A stretch of 64,000 bases of DNA from Nitrosopumilaceae archaeon (GCA_965207375.1 OZ242274.1:1280001-1344000), one strand, 5' to 3'; positions 51,045-61,573 are shown, numbered from the stretch's first letter. The notes: generated by a model from the sequence alone, not told the origin. Made by a program: numbers and translations.

Positions 51045-52222
51045 CTGAAGACAAATACATGGGAAATTTGTACCAGCGTTTCCCAGTTACAATTGAAAAG
51101 GGACTAGGTGCCCACGTCTGGGATGTTGAGGGAAAGCAGTACATTGATTGTATGGGTGGATATGGGGTCGCACTAGTAGGACACCGAAACAGTCGGGTTA
51201 CAAATGCAATCAAAAATCAGCTAGACAAAATTATCACAGTACACAGCTCTTTGTATAATAAAACTCGAGAAGAATTTTTAAATACGCTGATGCAGGTTGC
51301 CCCAAAGGGCCTAAATCAGGTTCATCTAAACAACAGCGGTGCAGAAGCAATTGAGGCTGCACTAAAGTTTGCAAGAAAATTTACCGGCAAAAAGGGAATG
51401 ATTGCAATGCGCGGCTCTTATCATGGAAAGTCAATGGGTGCGTTGTCTTTGACATTTAACCCAAAATACAAAAAGGCTTTTGCACCGCTAGTCGAATCTA
51501 CGCAATTTACGCCCTTTGGTGATGCAAAAGCTCTCAAAGATGCAATTACAAAAGAGACTGGATTTGTTATAATGGAACCCATTCAGGGGGAAAGTGGAAT
51601 TCATGTTGCCCCCGACGGATTTTTACAAGAGGCAAGAAAGATCTGTGATGAAAAAGGCATACTGTTAATTTTTGATGAAATTCAGGCAGGATTGGGAAGA
51701 ACCGGAAAAATGTGGGCATCGCAGCACTGGAATACGATACCTGACATACTGTGTATTGCAAAGGGCATGGCAGGCGGGATTCCGATGGGTGCTACGCTTG
51801 CAAGGTCTGAGATCTTGGAGGTCATCAAAAAGGGAGAGCACTCTTCTACATTTGGTGGCAATCCTCTATCGTGTGCTGCAGCAACTGCTGCACTTGTTGC
51901 CATCACACAAGATGGCCTGATTGAAAACTCTCAAAAAATGGGTAAATTGTTCACAGACGGTCTAAAAAAATTACAGGAAAAACACGACATAATACGAGAG
52001 GTTCGAGGCAAGGGACTAATGATTGGAGTAGAATTAAAGTTTGAGGTAAGAGACATTCTTATGGATGGAATAAAGCACGGACTATTATTGCTGTACTCTG
52101 GACGCAATATCTTGCGGCTTCTTCCTCCGCTTGTAATTACAGAACAAGACGTAACGAAAGCTTTAGAAACTCTAGATATATTACTTGCCAACGAGGTGCG
52201 ACGAAGAAATGTACAAAGATAA
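51041..52222 (+). CDS. lysJ: LysW-semialdehyde transaminase
   Basis: NSGAEA, SYHG, EPIQGE, DEIQAGLGRTG, AKG, TFGGNP (ArgD family). Confidence 0.92.
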   Translation: MTEDKYMGNLYQRFPVTIEKGLGAHVWDVEGKQYIDCMGGYGVALVGHRNSRVTNAIKNQLDKIITVHSSLYNKTREEFLNTLMQVAPKGLNQVHLNNSGAEAIEAALKFARKFTGKKGMIAMRGSYHGKSMGALSLTFNPKYKKAFAPLVESTQFTPFGDAKALKDAITKETGFVIMEPIQGESGIHVAPDGFLQEARKICDEKGILLIFDEIQAGLGRTGKMWASQHWNTIPDILCIAKGMAGGIPMGATLARSEILEVIKKGEHSSTFGGNPLSCAAATAALVAITQDGLIENSQKMGKLFTDGLKKLQEKHDIIREVRGKGLMIGVELKFEVRDILMDGIKHGLLLLYSGRNILRLLPPLVITEQDVTKALETLDILLANEVRRRNVQR

Positions 52223-52628
52223 AATAGATGAAAAAATCATAGGCTATCTAGAAAACTATTCACGAGAATCATTTGTAGATATTGGAAAAAAATTAAAACT
52301 TTCAGAATCTGCTGTAAGGCGCAGGGTAAAAAACCTTACAGACAACGGTACAATTAGTAAATTTACAATTGAGCTGGGCCAGGAAAATGTCACCAGTGCA
52401 ATAGTGCTAGTATCTGTGGATTCATCAACAGATACTGCACGAGTCTCTGCAAAACTTACCTCACTAGAGGGTGTAAAAACCGTCTATGAAATTACGGGCC
52501 AATATGACATTGCAGTAATTATAAGTGCATCAAATATTGCAGAAATTAATTCATCAATTGATGCATTGAGGAAAATCCTAGGGGTCATAGATACTAATAC
52601 TGTAATTATTCTTAGACAGGTAAAGTAA
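52209..52628 (+). CDS. lysM: Lrp/AsnC family regulator (LysM-like)
   Basis: HTH LSESAVRRRV, YEITGQYD; inside the lys cluster. Confidence 0.85.
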   Translation: MYKDKIDEKIIGYLENYSRESFVDIGKKLKLSESAVRRRVKNLTDNGTISKFTIELGQENVTSAIVLVSVDSSTDTARVSAKLTSLEGVKTVYEITGQYDIAVIISASNIAEINSSIDALRKILGVIDTNTVIILRQVK

Positions 52629-52743
52629 ACGAGTATCGTTTTAGATTTTCAAAACAAGCCTAAATTCAAATGCTTTTTGAAACAAAGAGACGATTTCAGC
52701 ACAAATATGTTTATATTTCAAATATTTGTCAACGAAATCTAAC

Positions 52744-53940
52744 ATGGAACCAAATTACTATGCCGATTTGTACAACAACTATGATACAATACCAAAAAAA
52801 ATTAAAATTCTAGACAGTACACTGCGCGAAGGCGAACAGCACCCTGGAGTTTCTTTTACCAACAAACAGAGAATTCAGATTGCATGGATGCTAGATTACT
52901 TTGGAGTAGATCAAATTGAGATATCTCCAGTTGTTTCAAAGGATCATGAACAAGCAACAAAGACAATAATCAAGCAGGGACTACGGGCAGACATTGTTTC
53001 CCATGGAAGGGCACTCAAAGAAGACATTGATGTATCACGGCGTTGTGATGCAAAATGGACAGCAGCATATCTTGGAATATCAGATATTCATCTAAAAGAC
53101 AAGCTAAGGATATCAAGAGACCAGGCACTAGAGCGAGCAGTAGAAACTGTCCAGTATGCAAAGTCTCACGGATTAAAAATACGATTTACAGTAGAGGATG
53201 GAAGCAGGGCAGAGCCTGAATTTTTACTCAAAGTATGCAAGGCAATCGAGGAGGCAGGCGTAGATCGAATCAGCCTTCCAGATACTGTTGGGATTATGAG
53301 ACCTATTGGAATGTATAATTTTGTCAAAAAGGTAAGGGAGAAAATAAATGTGCCCCTAGATGCACACGTACACAATGATATCGGCTTTGCATTGGCAAAC
53401 GCATTTGCAGCATGTGATGCCGGAGTTGATCAAATTCATACTACTATAGACGGCATTGGAGAAAGGACCGGAATTCCAGCATTGGCAGAGGTGGCAGTTG
53501 CACTTTCATACCTATACAAGTCACCAAATGATTTCAGACTAGATATGCTACAGGATCTTTCCAGACTAGTTGAGGATTATACTACAATTACACCATATGA
53601 CTCTAAACCTATTGTGGGCTCATCTGCATACAAACACAAGGCAGGCACACATTTGGCAGCAATACTGAGAAATCCAGCAGCTTATGAGCCGATTCCGCCG
53701 AGGGATGTTGGAAATAAAAGACGAATAGTGTTTGGAGAGCTTGCAGGAAAAACTGGTGCATCATATTTGATGACGATTTTGGGACTAGAAAAAGACGACA
53801 AACAGGCAAAATCTATTGCTGCAGGATTAAAAAATCTAAGAATGGGCGATCTTTTGGAAATTCCTCTAGAGGATGGACTAGAAAAGAAAATAAGTAATGA
53901 CAAATCAATCAAAGAGGAGGCAAATCATGGTAAATTGTGA
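52744..53940 (+). CDS. Homocitrate synthase (LeuA family)
   Basis: DSTLREGEQ, PDTVG, HVHND, GIGERTG, HKAG; lysine cluster context. Confidence 0.85.
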   Translation: MEPNYYADLYNNYDTIPKKIKILDSTLREGEQHPGVSFTNKQRIQIAWMLDYFGVDQIEISPVVSKDHEQATKTIIKQGLRADIVSHGRALKEDIDVSRRCDAKWTAAYLGISDIHLKDKLRISRDQALERAVETVQYAKSHGLKIRFTVEDGSRAEPEFLLKVCKAIEEAGVDRISLPDTVGIMRPIGMYNFVKKVREKINVPLDAHVHNDIGFALANAFAACDAGVDQIHTTIDGIGERTGIPALAEVAVALSYLYKSPNDFRLDMLQDLSRLVEDYTTITPYDSKPIVGSSAYKHKAGTHLAAILRNPAAYEPIPPRDVGNKRRIVFGELAGKTGASYLMTILGLEKDDKQAKSIAAGLKNLRMGDLLEIPLEDGLEKKISNDKSIKEEANHGKL

Positions 53941-54094
53941 TGAATGTGATGCGGTAATTTCTATACCTGATGACGCCTTGGAGGGCGAAATTGTTACCTG
54001 TCCGGAATGTGGTGCAAGTTTTGAGCTTGTAAAATCATCAGACGGTTTTGAGTTAAAGCCAGCTCAAACAGTTGGCGAGGACTGGGGGCAGTGA
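53927..54094 (+). CDS. lysW: LysW carrier protein (copy 2), ending EDWGQ
   Basis: CDEC...CPECG...GEDWGQ*. Confidence 0.9.
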   Translation: MVNCDECDAVISIPDDALEGEIVTCPECGASFELVKSSDGFELKPAQTVGEDWGQ

Positions 54095-54942
54095 CTGCTG
54101 GAGTCTCGGTTCTTTATGATACAATCCGATGGGAAGAAAAAGCCCTTTTAGAGGCAGGTAAAAAAAAGAACATAGACATACAGATGATAAACTGCAAAAA
54201 GTTATCGCTAGAATTGGACAAAAATTCTCCTAACAATTATGGTACCGTACTGCAAAGATGTGTGAGCTATTATAGGAATCTCCACTCTACTGCAGCACTT
54301 GAAGGATTAGGTGTAAATATTATCAACTGTTTAAACACTGCAATTTTTGCAGGAAACAAGCTTTTTACTCATATGCTTTTGAAAAAATCAAACGTGCCAA
54401 CACCGTACGCCTCAGTAGCATTTTCCAAGGATGCAGCACTAGAGTCATTAGACCAGCAAGGGTATCCAAAAATCATAAAGCCAACTGTTGGAAGCTGGGG
54501 AAGGCTAATCTCTAAACTAAATGACAAGGAAGCAGCTGAAGGAATAATTGAGAGCAGAGAAAAAATGTATCCAATTTATCAGATTCATTATCTGGAGGAA
54601 TTTGTTCAAAGGCCTCCGCGAGACATTCGGGCAATCGTTGTAGGAGATCAAATTGTGGCTGCCATTTATAGATATTCTGGAGATGGATGCTGGAAAACCA
54701 ACATGGCACTAGGAGGAAGGGCAGAGCCATGCCCCGTTACCTCAGAGATGGAAGATATATGTATAAAGGCCAAAAATGCAGTTCAAGGAAAAATAGTGGG
54801 AGTGGATTTGATGGAAAGCGATAAGAGAGGATTGGTGGTACATGAAATTAACAATACAACAGAATATAAAAACACCGTCAGAGTGTGCGATACTGACATA
54901 CCGTCTTTGATGATTGATTATGCGTTAAATTCAGAAAAATAA
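54091..54942 (+). CDS. lysX: LysX ATP-grasp ligase (copy 2)
   Basis: RWEEK, KPTVGSWGR, WKTNMALG, HEIN. Confidence 0.9.
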   Translation: MTAGVSVLYDTIRWEEKALLEAGKKKNIDIQMINCKKLSLELDKNSPNNYGTVLQRCVSYYRNLHSTAALEGLGVNIINCLNTAIFAGNKLFTHMLLKKSNVPTPYASVAFSKDAALESLDQQGYPKIIKPTVGSWGRLISKLNDKEAAEGIIESREKMYPIYQIHYLEEFVQRPPRDIRAIVVGDQIVAAIYRYSGDGCWKTNMALGGRAEPCPVTSEMEDICIKAKNAVQGKIVGVDLMESDKRGLVVHEINNTTEYKNTVRVCDTDIPSLMIDYALNSEK

Positions 54943-54943
54943 A

Positions 54944-56074
54944 TTGGACTCTTTTACCGTTACCTCCAGATTTGCAATAAAGATGCTAGAAAAGGCACTA
55001 AGGCTGTACACGCCCTCGCTAAGTGAAAAACCAATGGCAGAATTTTTGGCAGACAAGTGTGATGATCTGGGATTTGAGGATATCCGAATAGACGAGGTGG
55101 GAAACATTTTGGCAAAAAAGGGAACAGGCAGCCCAAAAATCATGTTATGCGGACACATGGATACAGTTCCCGGAAAAATCAAGGTAAGGCGGGAGGGAGA
55201 TTTTCTTTATGGGCGTGGCTCTTCTGATGCAAAGGCACCGCTGATGGCCATGCTTTTTGCAGCAGCAGCAATACCTGATAACTCTGGAACGGTACTTTTT
55301 GTAGGAGCAGTAGACGAGGAAGGAAATGCCACAGGAATTAAAAATTTAGTAAATCAAGAGCTTGACGTGGATTATGCAATTTTTGGAGAGCCAAGTGGAT
55401 TAAAGCATGTGACAATTGCGTACAAGGGACGACTAGCAATTAATCTGAGAATTAACGCCGGAAACAGCGCACATGCAAGTGCCCCCTGGCTTGCAAAAAA
55501 TGCAATTGAGGAATCTGCAATATTTACAACAAAACTCAAACAAATTTTGGAGACAGACCAGCAAGACCGCAAACGCGGAATGATGCTTACGGCAACAATT
55601 ACTGAGATAAAGGGGGGAACCAGCCACAATGTGACTCCTAAAGAGTGTGAAACAATCATGGACATTAGGATTCCGGTGGACATGAACTGCAAGTCAGTCG
55701 AAGAAAAGATTGCAAATGCAGTAAATGATATATCTCGGCAGCGAGGTGTTGAGGCGTTTTATTCTATACTAGATGAGACAGAACCTTTTGAGGCCCCACA
55801 TAACTCACCGTTGGTGCGTGCCTTTACGTTGGGTGTAATGGCTACAGAAAATGAACGTCCACATTTAATCAGAAAGACAGGTACCGGAGACATGAATGTG
55901 ATTGGGAATCAGCTCAAAATTCCAGTTGTAACGTATGGTCCAGGTGATCCCCATCAGGCACATACCGTTGATGAGAGGGTATCAGTTGATGAGTATTTAC
56001 GCGGAATTGAGGTTTTAAAAAAAACACTTCAACAACTTAAACGACTACATGACAAAAAGATGTTAAAACAATAA
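54944..56074 (+). CDS. lysK: LysW-lysine/ornithine hydrolase (M20)
   Basis: GHMDTV, GRGSSDAK, DEE, GTGDMN, YGPG. Confidence 0.9.
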   Translation: MDSFTVTSRFAIKMLEKALRLYTPSLSEKPMAEFLADKCDDLGFEDIRIDEVGNILAKKGTGSPKIMLCGHMDTVPGKIKVRREGDFLYGRGSSDAKAPLMAMLFAAAAIPDNSGTVLFVGAVDEEGNATGIKNLVNQELDVDYAIFGEPSGLKHVTIAYKGRLAINLRINAGNSAHASAPWLAKNAIEESAIFTTKLKQILETDQQDRKRGMMLTATITEIKGGTSHNVTPKECETIMDIRIPVDMNCKSVEEKIANAVNDISRQRGVEAFYSILDETEPFEAPHNSPLVRAFTLGVMATENERPHLIRKTGTGDMNVIGNQLKIPVVTYGPGDPHQAHTVDERVSVDEYLRGIEVLKKTLQQLKRLHDKKMLKQ

Positions 56075-57111
56075 TGCTCTGGTTTATAGGAACAGGCATT
56101 TTAGGATACGGCTCAATTTCAGTAGATGGTCTAAAAGTAATTGAAAAAGCAGACGTGATATACCTAGAACAGTTTACTAGCCCCATTGGGAAAAACGAGA
56201 TTGCAAAGATAAAAAGACACATCACAGGTGAATTTAAAATTGCCAAAAGATGGCTAGTAGAGGATGGAAATGAGATTCTAAACCGTGCCAAAAGCAGCAA
56301 GGTAGTATTGCTCTCATATGGGGATCCATACATTGCAACCACACATATCGAGCTTCGAGTCAGGGCAATTGAGCAAAAGATAAAAACTGCATCATTTCAT
56401 GGTTCATCTTCGGTTACTTCTATGATTGGAGAATGCGGATTGCACTATTACAAAATAGGCAAGACTGTTACAATTATGGATGATATCAAAGCAATGACTA
56501 CACCATATTATACAGTATACAAAAATCTAATTGAGGCAAATCATACTATTTTATTGTTAGAGTACAATCAGGATAAGGACTTTTTTTTGGATCCTGTCAC
56601 GGCACTAGATTATATGCTAAATACAGAAAAGGAGCAAAAACGTAACGTGATAAATTTAGACACCTTTGCAATAGTTGCATCACAAATAGGTCTCAAGGAC
56701 CAGAAAATAATCTCGGGAAAAATATCTAGCCTTAAAAAAATCAATTTTGGCAAGCCGCCTCATACGGTTATAATTCCAGGCAAACTGCACTTTACAGAAA
56801 CTGATGCGCTACGCGTATTGACAGATTGTGTGGATTTGCCAACAGATAATTCAGAAATTACCGAAAAAATCTCCTCTCAGATGATTAGACGCTATGTGCC
56901 GATGGTAAGAGAGGCATTAGAGCAGATCAGGCCGTATTATGAAGACTCTGAGGAATTTGCACCCGTACTAGAAAATGCAAAGCTGTATGTGCAAGATGCC
57001 GAGCAGTTTTTGCTAGAGGGAAAAGACGAGGTGGCCATACTAAATATTGGCTATGCAGACGGACTAGTAGATGCCTTACGTATGGCGCGTGGTCTTGACC
57101 CTAAAATATAG
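56074..57111 (+). CDS. dph5: Diphthine synthase with C-terminal DUF357-like domain
   Basis: YLEQFTS, GDPYIATTH, GLHYYKIG, HT..LL, PPH.VIIPG. Confidence 0.92.
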   Translation: MLWFIGTGILGYGSISVDGLKVIEKADVIYLEQFTSPIGKNEIAKIKRHITGEFKIAKRWLVEDGNEILNRAKSSKVVLLSYGDPYIATTHIELRVRAIEQKIKTASFHGSSSVTSMIGECGLHYYKIGKTVTIMDDIKAMTTPYYTVYKNLIEANHTILLLEYNQDKDFFLDPVTALDYMLNTEKEQKRNVINLDTFAIVASQIGLKDQKIISGKISSLKKINFGKPPHTVIIPGKLHFTETDALRVLTDCVDLPTDNSEITEKISSQMIRRYVPMVREALEQIRPYYEDSEEFAPVLENAKLYVQDAEQFLLEGKDEVAILNIGYADGLVDALRMARGLDPKI

Positions 57112-57140
57112 ATGAATTAAAAAATGAGGGATAATTTAAA

Positions 57141-57752
57141 ATGACATTGGATGACACCGACAGAAAGATTCTTGCATCATTATACATTGCACAATTAACA
57201 AAAAACCAAACAGAGCTAGTCTTTGAAAAAATGCATGTTGATGATGTTTCAAATGTTGATAACCTGAAAAAAAATGGACTGGTGCAAGATGACGGCAAGA
57301 CAATAACTCGACTAGGTGCTGAATCTATAAAGGTCGTGTTGGCAGGAGGCGTCTTTGATATAATACATCCGGGGCACATACATACGCTATATGAGGCAAA
57401 GAAATTAGGGGACGTGTTGGTGGTAGTCATTGCTACAGATAAGACTGCTATAAAGATGAAAAAACGCAGGCCACTGCACAGCCAAGATCAAAGAAAATTA
57501 CTTGTAGATGCACTTGAGGTTGTAGATGCAGCAGTTGTCGGAAATGAAGATGATATTTTTAAAACAGTTGACCTGATAAGGCCGCAAATTATTGCGTTAG
57601 GGTACGACCAGATACATCAGGAAAAGGCAATAATTGACGGATGCAAAAAAATCAACTTGGGAGTAACGGTGGCAAGATTACAGTCTCCCATACCTCATGT
57701 GTCTAGCTCTGCCATTGCAAAAGAGTATGGTGATCAAATTCACGGCACATGA
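57141..57752 (+). CDS. Cytidylyltransferase-family FAD synthetase (RibL-like)
   Basis: GGVFDIIHPGH, LGYDQ, SSSAI. Confidence 0.8.
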   Translation: MTLDDTDRKILASLYIAQLTKNQTELVFEKMHVDDVSNVDNLKKNGLVQDDGKTITRLGAESIKVVLAGGVFDIIHPGHIHTLYEAKKLGDVLVVVIATDKTAIKMKKRRPLHSQDQRKLLVDALEVVDAAVVGNEDDIFKTVDLIRPQIIALGYDQIHQEKAIIDGCKKINLGVTVARLQSPIPHVSSSAIAKEYGDQIHGT

Positions 57753-58097
57753 CTAGATTGCATCAGAACCTTTTTTCCCTGTACGGATTCGTATTACGTC
57801 ATCTATTGTACTGACAAAAATCTTTCCGTCACCTACGCCTCCTGTCTGTGCATTGCAAGTTATTGTCTCAACAATTTTGTCAACCTCGTTATCCTCGCAG
57901 ACTATCTCGATTTTGGTTTTTGGAAGAAGCTCAGTGTTTTTTAATGATCCTGGACGTCCGCCTGCTGTGGTTTGACCCTTTTGGTTGCCAACACCTTTGA
58001 TTTCATATACTGTCATTCCCTTGATTCCGATTTCATCAAGGGCCTCTTTTACCGAATAAAATCGTGCGTTGCGAATAATGGCATCAATTTTTTTCAT
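57753..58097 (-). CDS. glnB: P-II nitrogen regulatory protein
   Basis: KKIDAIIR, PKTKIEIV, TGGVGDGKIFV, IRIRTG. Confidence 0.95.
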   Translation of the reverse strand: MKKIDAIIRNARFYSVKEALDEIGIKGMTVYEIKGVGNQKGQTTAGGRPGSLKNTELLPKTKIEIVCEDNEVDKIVETITCNAQTGGVGDGKIFVSTIDDVIRIRTGKKGSDAI

Positions 58098-58210
58098 AAG
58101 GTTGTTTTTCTATTCTAGTATTTATCATGTATGATGAATTTTGAATTAAAAATGCTCAATTTTTAGCCTCAAATTTAAAAATTTTATTTAGAATTGTTCA
58201 ATTGTGCAAA

Positions 58211-58301
58211 GTACAAACTCAAGTCGCCATCAATTTTATGCCTAATTTTTGAATCTACTTGAAAATTTCATGCTTGAAAAATTTACGACCAGAGTTTGTA
58301 C
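58211..58301. repeat. 91-bp palindromic-ended (MITE-like) element
   Basis: GTACAAACTCAAGTCG ... CGACCAGAGTTTGTAC, 14/16 inverted match. Confidence 0.5.
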
Positions 58302-58374
58302 CACAAAATCAACTGTATCTTCAATTTTATTATACAATAAAGTATTTTATAATATATTCCAAATAGTTATCATT

Positions 58375-59208
58375 ATGAAATTAGAGACAGCAGCAGAAAA
58401 GGCCTACAAACTGTACAAGCTTGGAAAAAAGGAAGAGTCTCTAAAATATTGGGATATTGCAATATCCGAAGATCCTGGCTTTACCTTTGTACACGTATGC
58501 AAGTCAGAAACTCTAAGGGAGCTTGGACGAAACCAAGATGCACTAGCATGCCTTGATATCTTGGATGACTTGGAGCCTGATGAAGACACTGCATGGGGAT
58601 TTTACAAGCGTGCATATCTGTTGCATAAATTGGGAAAGGGTACAGAAGCAATAGCTAATTGGAACAAGGTGTTAGACATAGAACCAAATTATATTGATGC
58701 ACTTGTTTCCAAGGGGACTGTATTTTCCGAACTTTACATCATGACCAAATCCACACAGGCATTTAACGATGCACTACAATGCTTTGATGAGGCCTTACAA
58801 ATAGACCCTAACAGCACATATGCCCTATCAAACAAGGGGCATTTACTTGCAGATAATTCCAAAGAGTCTGAAGCACTACAATGCTATGATAAAATAATAC
58901 AACTAGAACCTGACAACAAGCATATACTTTCTGCCAAGGGTCAGTTGCTTTTAGATACTGGAAAATATAAAACAGCTATAGACTGTTTTGATAAAGTAAT
59001 TCAGTTACATCCAGAAAACGCCTCTGCAATGTACAACAAGGCAAAGGCGTTATACCTTCAAGACAAGCCTGAGGATTCGCATCTCTGGCTACAAAAAGCG
59101 TTACAGATAGAGCCTGAACTTCGTGATGGCCAATGGCTATTAGACATGTTATCAGACCGAATCAAGTTTAATCGCAGCATTGGCAAGAATCATGATTTGT
59201 CTATATGA
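58375..59208 (+). CDS. TPR-repeat protein
   Basis: About seven TPR units (A..NKG..L...EAL.CYDK.I.L.P); ATG at 58375. Confidence 0.9.
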   Translation: MKLETAAEKAYKLYKLGKKEESLKYWDIAISEDPGFTFVHVCKSETLRELGRNQDALACLDILDDLEPDEDTAWGFYKRAYLLHKLGKGTEAIANWNKVLDIEPNYIDALVSKGTVFSELYIMTKSTQAFNDALQCFDEALQIDPNSTYALSNKGHLLADNSKESEALQCYDKIIQLEPDNKHILSAKGQLLLDTGKYKTAIDCFDKVIQLHPENASAMYNKAKALYLQDKPEDSHLWLQKALQIEPELRDGQWLLDMLSDRIKFNRSIGKNHDLSI

Positions 59209-59215
59209 AAAAGCA

Positions 59216-59686
59216 TCAAAATATACTGTATGTATCTACATATTCTAGTCCTGGACATAGTTGTTCCAGACACATATCATGAGCATCTTTTGTAATACAC
59301 ATCATGTCTGTGGCATCATACACCGGTACTATCTCGATGGCAATATGACCGTACATGAGCATCACAAACTCTTCATCTGATTCCCAACCTTCTTTTAACG
59401 CCCTCTTTATGTGACGTTTTGCAGTCTTTGTATCAAGAGGCATAGGTTCTGGTCTTTGATTTATTTCATCTGAAATTCCGTCAATCATGTACGAGATTTC
59501 CCATTCTGCCTTCAAGAGTGCATCCTTGCATTCTGGTACGGTACCAAATATGCCATATACTCTTGGTTGACCTAGTCCTATGAGATAGTATTTTTTGCTT
59601 AATTTCTTTTGATGTACCAAAGACTTGTGACATACCTCTGGATCTCTTTTAGTAAATCTGCCTTTCACAAATATTGCAAAATCCAT
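59216..59686 (-). CDS. Hypothetical protein
   Basis: 156-aa ORF co-oriented with the VirB6-like gene; no motif recognised. Confidence 0.55.
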   Translation of the reverse strand: MDFAIFVKGRFTKRDPEVCHKSLVHQKKLSKKYYLIGLGQPRVYGIFGTVPECKDALLKAEWEISYMIDGISDEINQRPEPMPLDTKTAKRHIKRALKEGWESDEEFVMLMYGHIAIEIVPVYDATDMMCITKDAHDMCLEQLCPGLEYVDTYSIF

Positions 59687-59713
59687 ACAACATTTAACTT
59701 GTATTTTAAGACA

Positions 59714-61003
59714 CTATCTTTCCTCGTCATCTTCTGTATCCTCTGAATCATCCTCTGAATCCTTAGAGCCGCCACCCATGCCTGATATAATGCCGCTGCC
59801 TGCACCTGCAAGGCCCCCCTTTATTCTGCCACCGCCTGCAATTCCCTTAGCAGCGCCCATACCTGCCTGTGCTGTAATAACGGTGGCTGCCTGCACAGCA
59901 GAAGTAACCATTCTAGTTGCCTGACCTACCACATCTGACAATAGAGGCACCATGATTACAGGAAGATACACGGCAAATATAGTAACACCCAAAGCTGCAA
60001 CCCAAACGTAAATCTTTGCCATGTCTAGTCCACCTAAATTCTCACCTGCTATCGGTGTAGTACCTGCAGAGGCTACAACCCCTGCACCTACAGTAATTAT
60101 TACAGCCGACATTATAGGGATTAAATATAACGCAGGCAGCGCCGTAAGAAACTTGTCTACTGTACCCTTGCAAAACGGTATGACACGTAACACAAGCAAA
60201 ATAGGAAACGCTGCAATTATCATGGCAGTCAACAAATCAGTCATTATAGCCACAATGACAGACAACAGTCCTATCTGAATTATAACGATAGACTGTATCA
60301 TGGAAAAAAACACCTGCGATATCACATCTGATTGGAACTGTCCTATCTGCCACAAAAACCACTCGTAAGGATTATCAGTAGTTGCCGTATAATATTGACC
60401 TTCAGACATTTGTGATATTACATAATTAATTTTGTATTGGGGTGTACATACAATTTGTGCCTTTTCTGTATCCCAGGGTCCAAGACCCCATACCGTATCA
60501 CCCCGACTAAACGGAGAATCATTGTACAAATCCCATATTTGCTGTTCAGTATAGCTATCAGGACAAGGTGCGGTACTATCAAAGGAATAGAGAGGATTTA
60601 GCATGTACATCGTGACATTCTCCATGGATTCTGCTGCCACATCCCAGATAATAGGAAATGATACTATAACAATTATAGAAAATACTGATGTCTTTATCAA
60701 ATCTATATACTGTCTGTCTTTTGTTACAACGTGTAATGTAACTCCAACAATAATAAATATCGTAAATGCAATATATGCCACCCATCGAAACTGGGCAAAT
60801 AATTCAAACGTTTCATTACCTGTTTCTGCACCATGTATGGAATATGCAAAGTCTGGTATTGCAATCATGATACCTGCAAGTGTGTCTTTTATCATGGTGC
60901 CCATAATATCTGCAATTGCTCCAACTGCTAGATGAACTATTAGAATCGACACTAGGATAAATATAGCATCAATTATCTCAATAATGAAACCTACCTGCCT
61001 CAT
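59714..61003 (-). CDS. Polytopic membrane protein, TrbL/VirB6-like
   Basis: Multiple TM helices, central external loop, Gly/Ala-rich C-terminal tail; ATG at 61003 preferred. Confidence 0.6.
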   Translation of the reverse strand: MRQVGFIIEIIDAIFILVSILIVHLAVGAIADIMGTMIKDTLAGIMIAIPDFAYSIHGAETGNETFELFAQFRWVAYIAFTIFIIVGVTLHVVTKDRQYIDLIKTSVFSIIVIVSFPIIWDVAAESMENVTMYMLNPLYSFDSTAPCPDSYTEQQIWDLYNDSPFSRGDTVWGLGPWDTEKAQIVCTPQYKINYVISQMSEGQYYTATTDNPYEWFLWQIGQFQSDVISQVFFSMIQSIVIIQIGLLSVIVAIMTDLLTAMIIAAFPILLVLRVIPFCKGTVDKFLTALPALYLIPIMSAVIITVGAGVVASAGTTPIAGENLGGLDMAKIYVWVAALGVTIFAVYLPVIMVPLLSDVVGQATRMVTSAVQAATVITAQAGMGAAKGIAGGGRIKGGLAGAGSGIISGMGGGSKDSEDDSEDTEDDEER

Positions 61004-61225
61004 GGTATCATCATATACGTTTCCTATTAAGCCCAAATACTGTTGATATGAGGTAACATTGGAGATAAAATTGCGTTGGCTTTGAAAAACAGTCACGATC
61101 AACAACTTTTAGATCGTTAACCTGCATGTTTTGTTGGTTCAAAATTAATGCTAGATGTTAAATTTACTCGATTTTTGGTTATTTTGAAAAATCCTTGATC
61201 AAGGAATTTGTGCGATATTAGAAAG

Positions 61226-61299
61226 TGGACCTGACGGGATTTGAACCCGTGACCCGTTATGTTTCAAGTAACGATTCAGCAAGCCTAAACTACAGGCCC
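61226..61299 (-). tRNA. Degenerate tRNA-like gene, anticodon GAA (Phe)
   Basis: Acceptor GGGCCTG/CAGGTCC-A; perfect T-arm ACGGG-TTCAAAT-CCCGT; C31-A39 mismatch; D-loop lacks GG at 18-19; TTATAT about 30 nt upstream. Confidence 0.65.
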
Positions 61300-61573
61300 A
61301 CAAGTATTTTATAGTAATGATACAATATAAAATCATGTTTCAAGTAACAAAGGCTACATACTGAACTAGCCTGTTTTTTTTATTTCCGCCTATAATTCTA
61401 AGATCATTTCATTTTAAATCAATAACTGCTTGCATGTGCGGTTTGTATTAGGATTTTATTGCAAGTGTGCCTTGCATGTGTATCTCCTAATGCAGGCTGT
61501 GCTTGCAGTTCCTAGAGATATTGCCTTACGATACATTGACTTTGATTAGACTTTGTATATTAAAAAAAATTTG

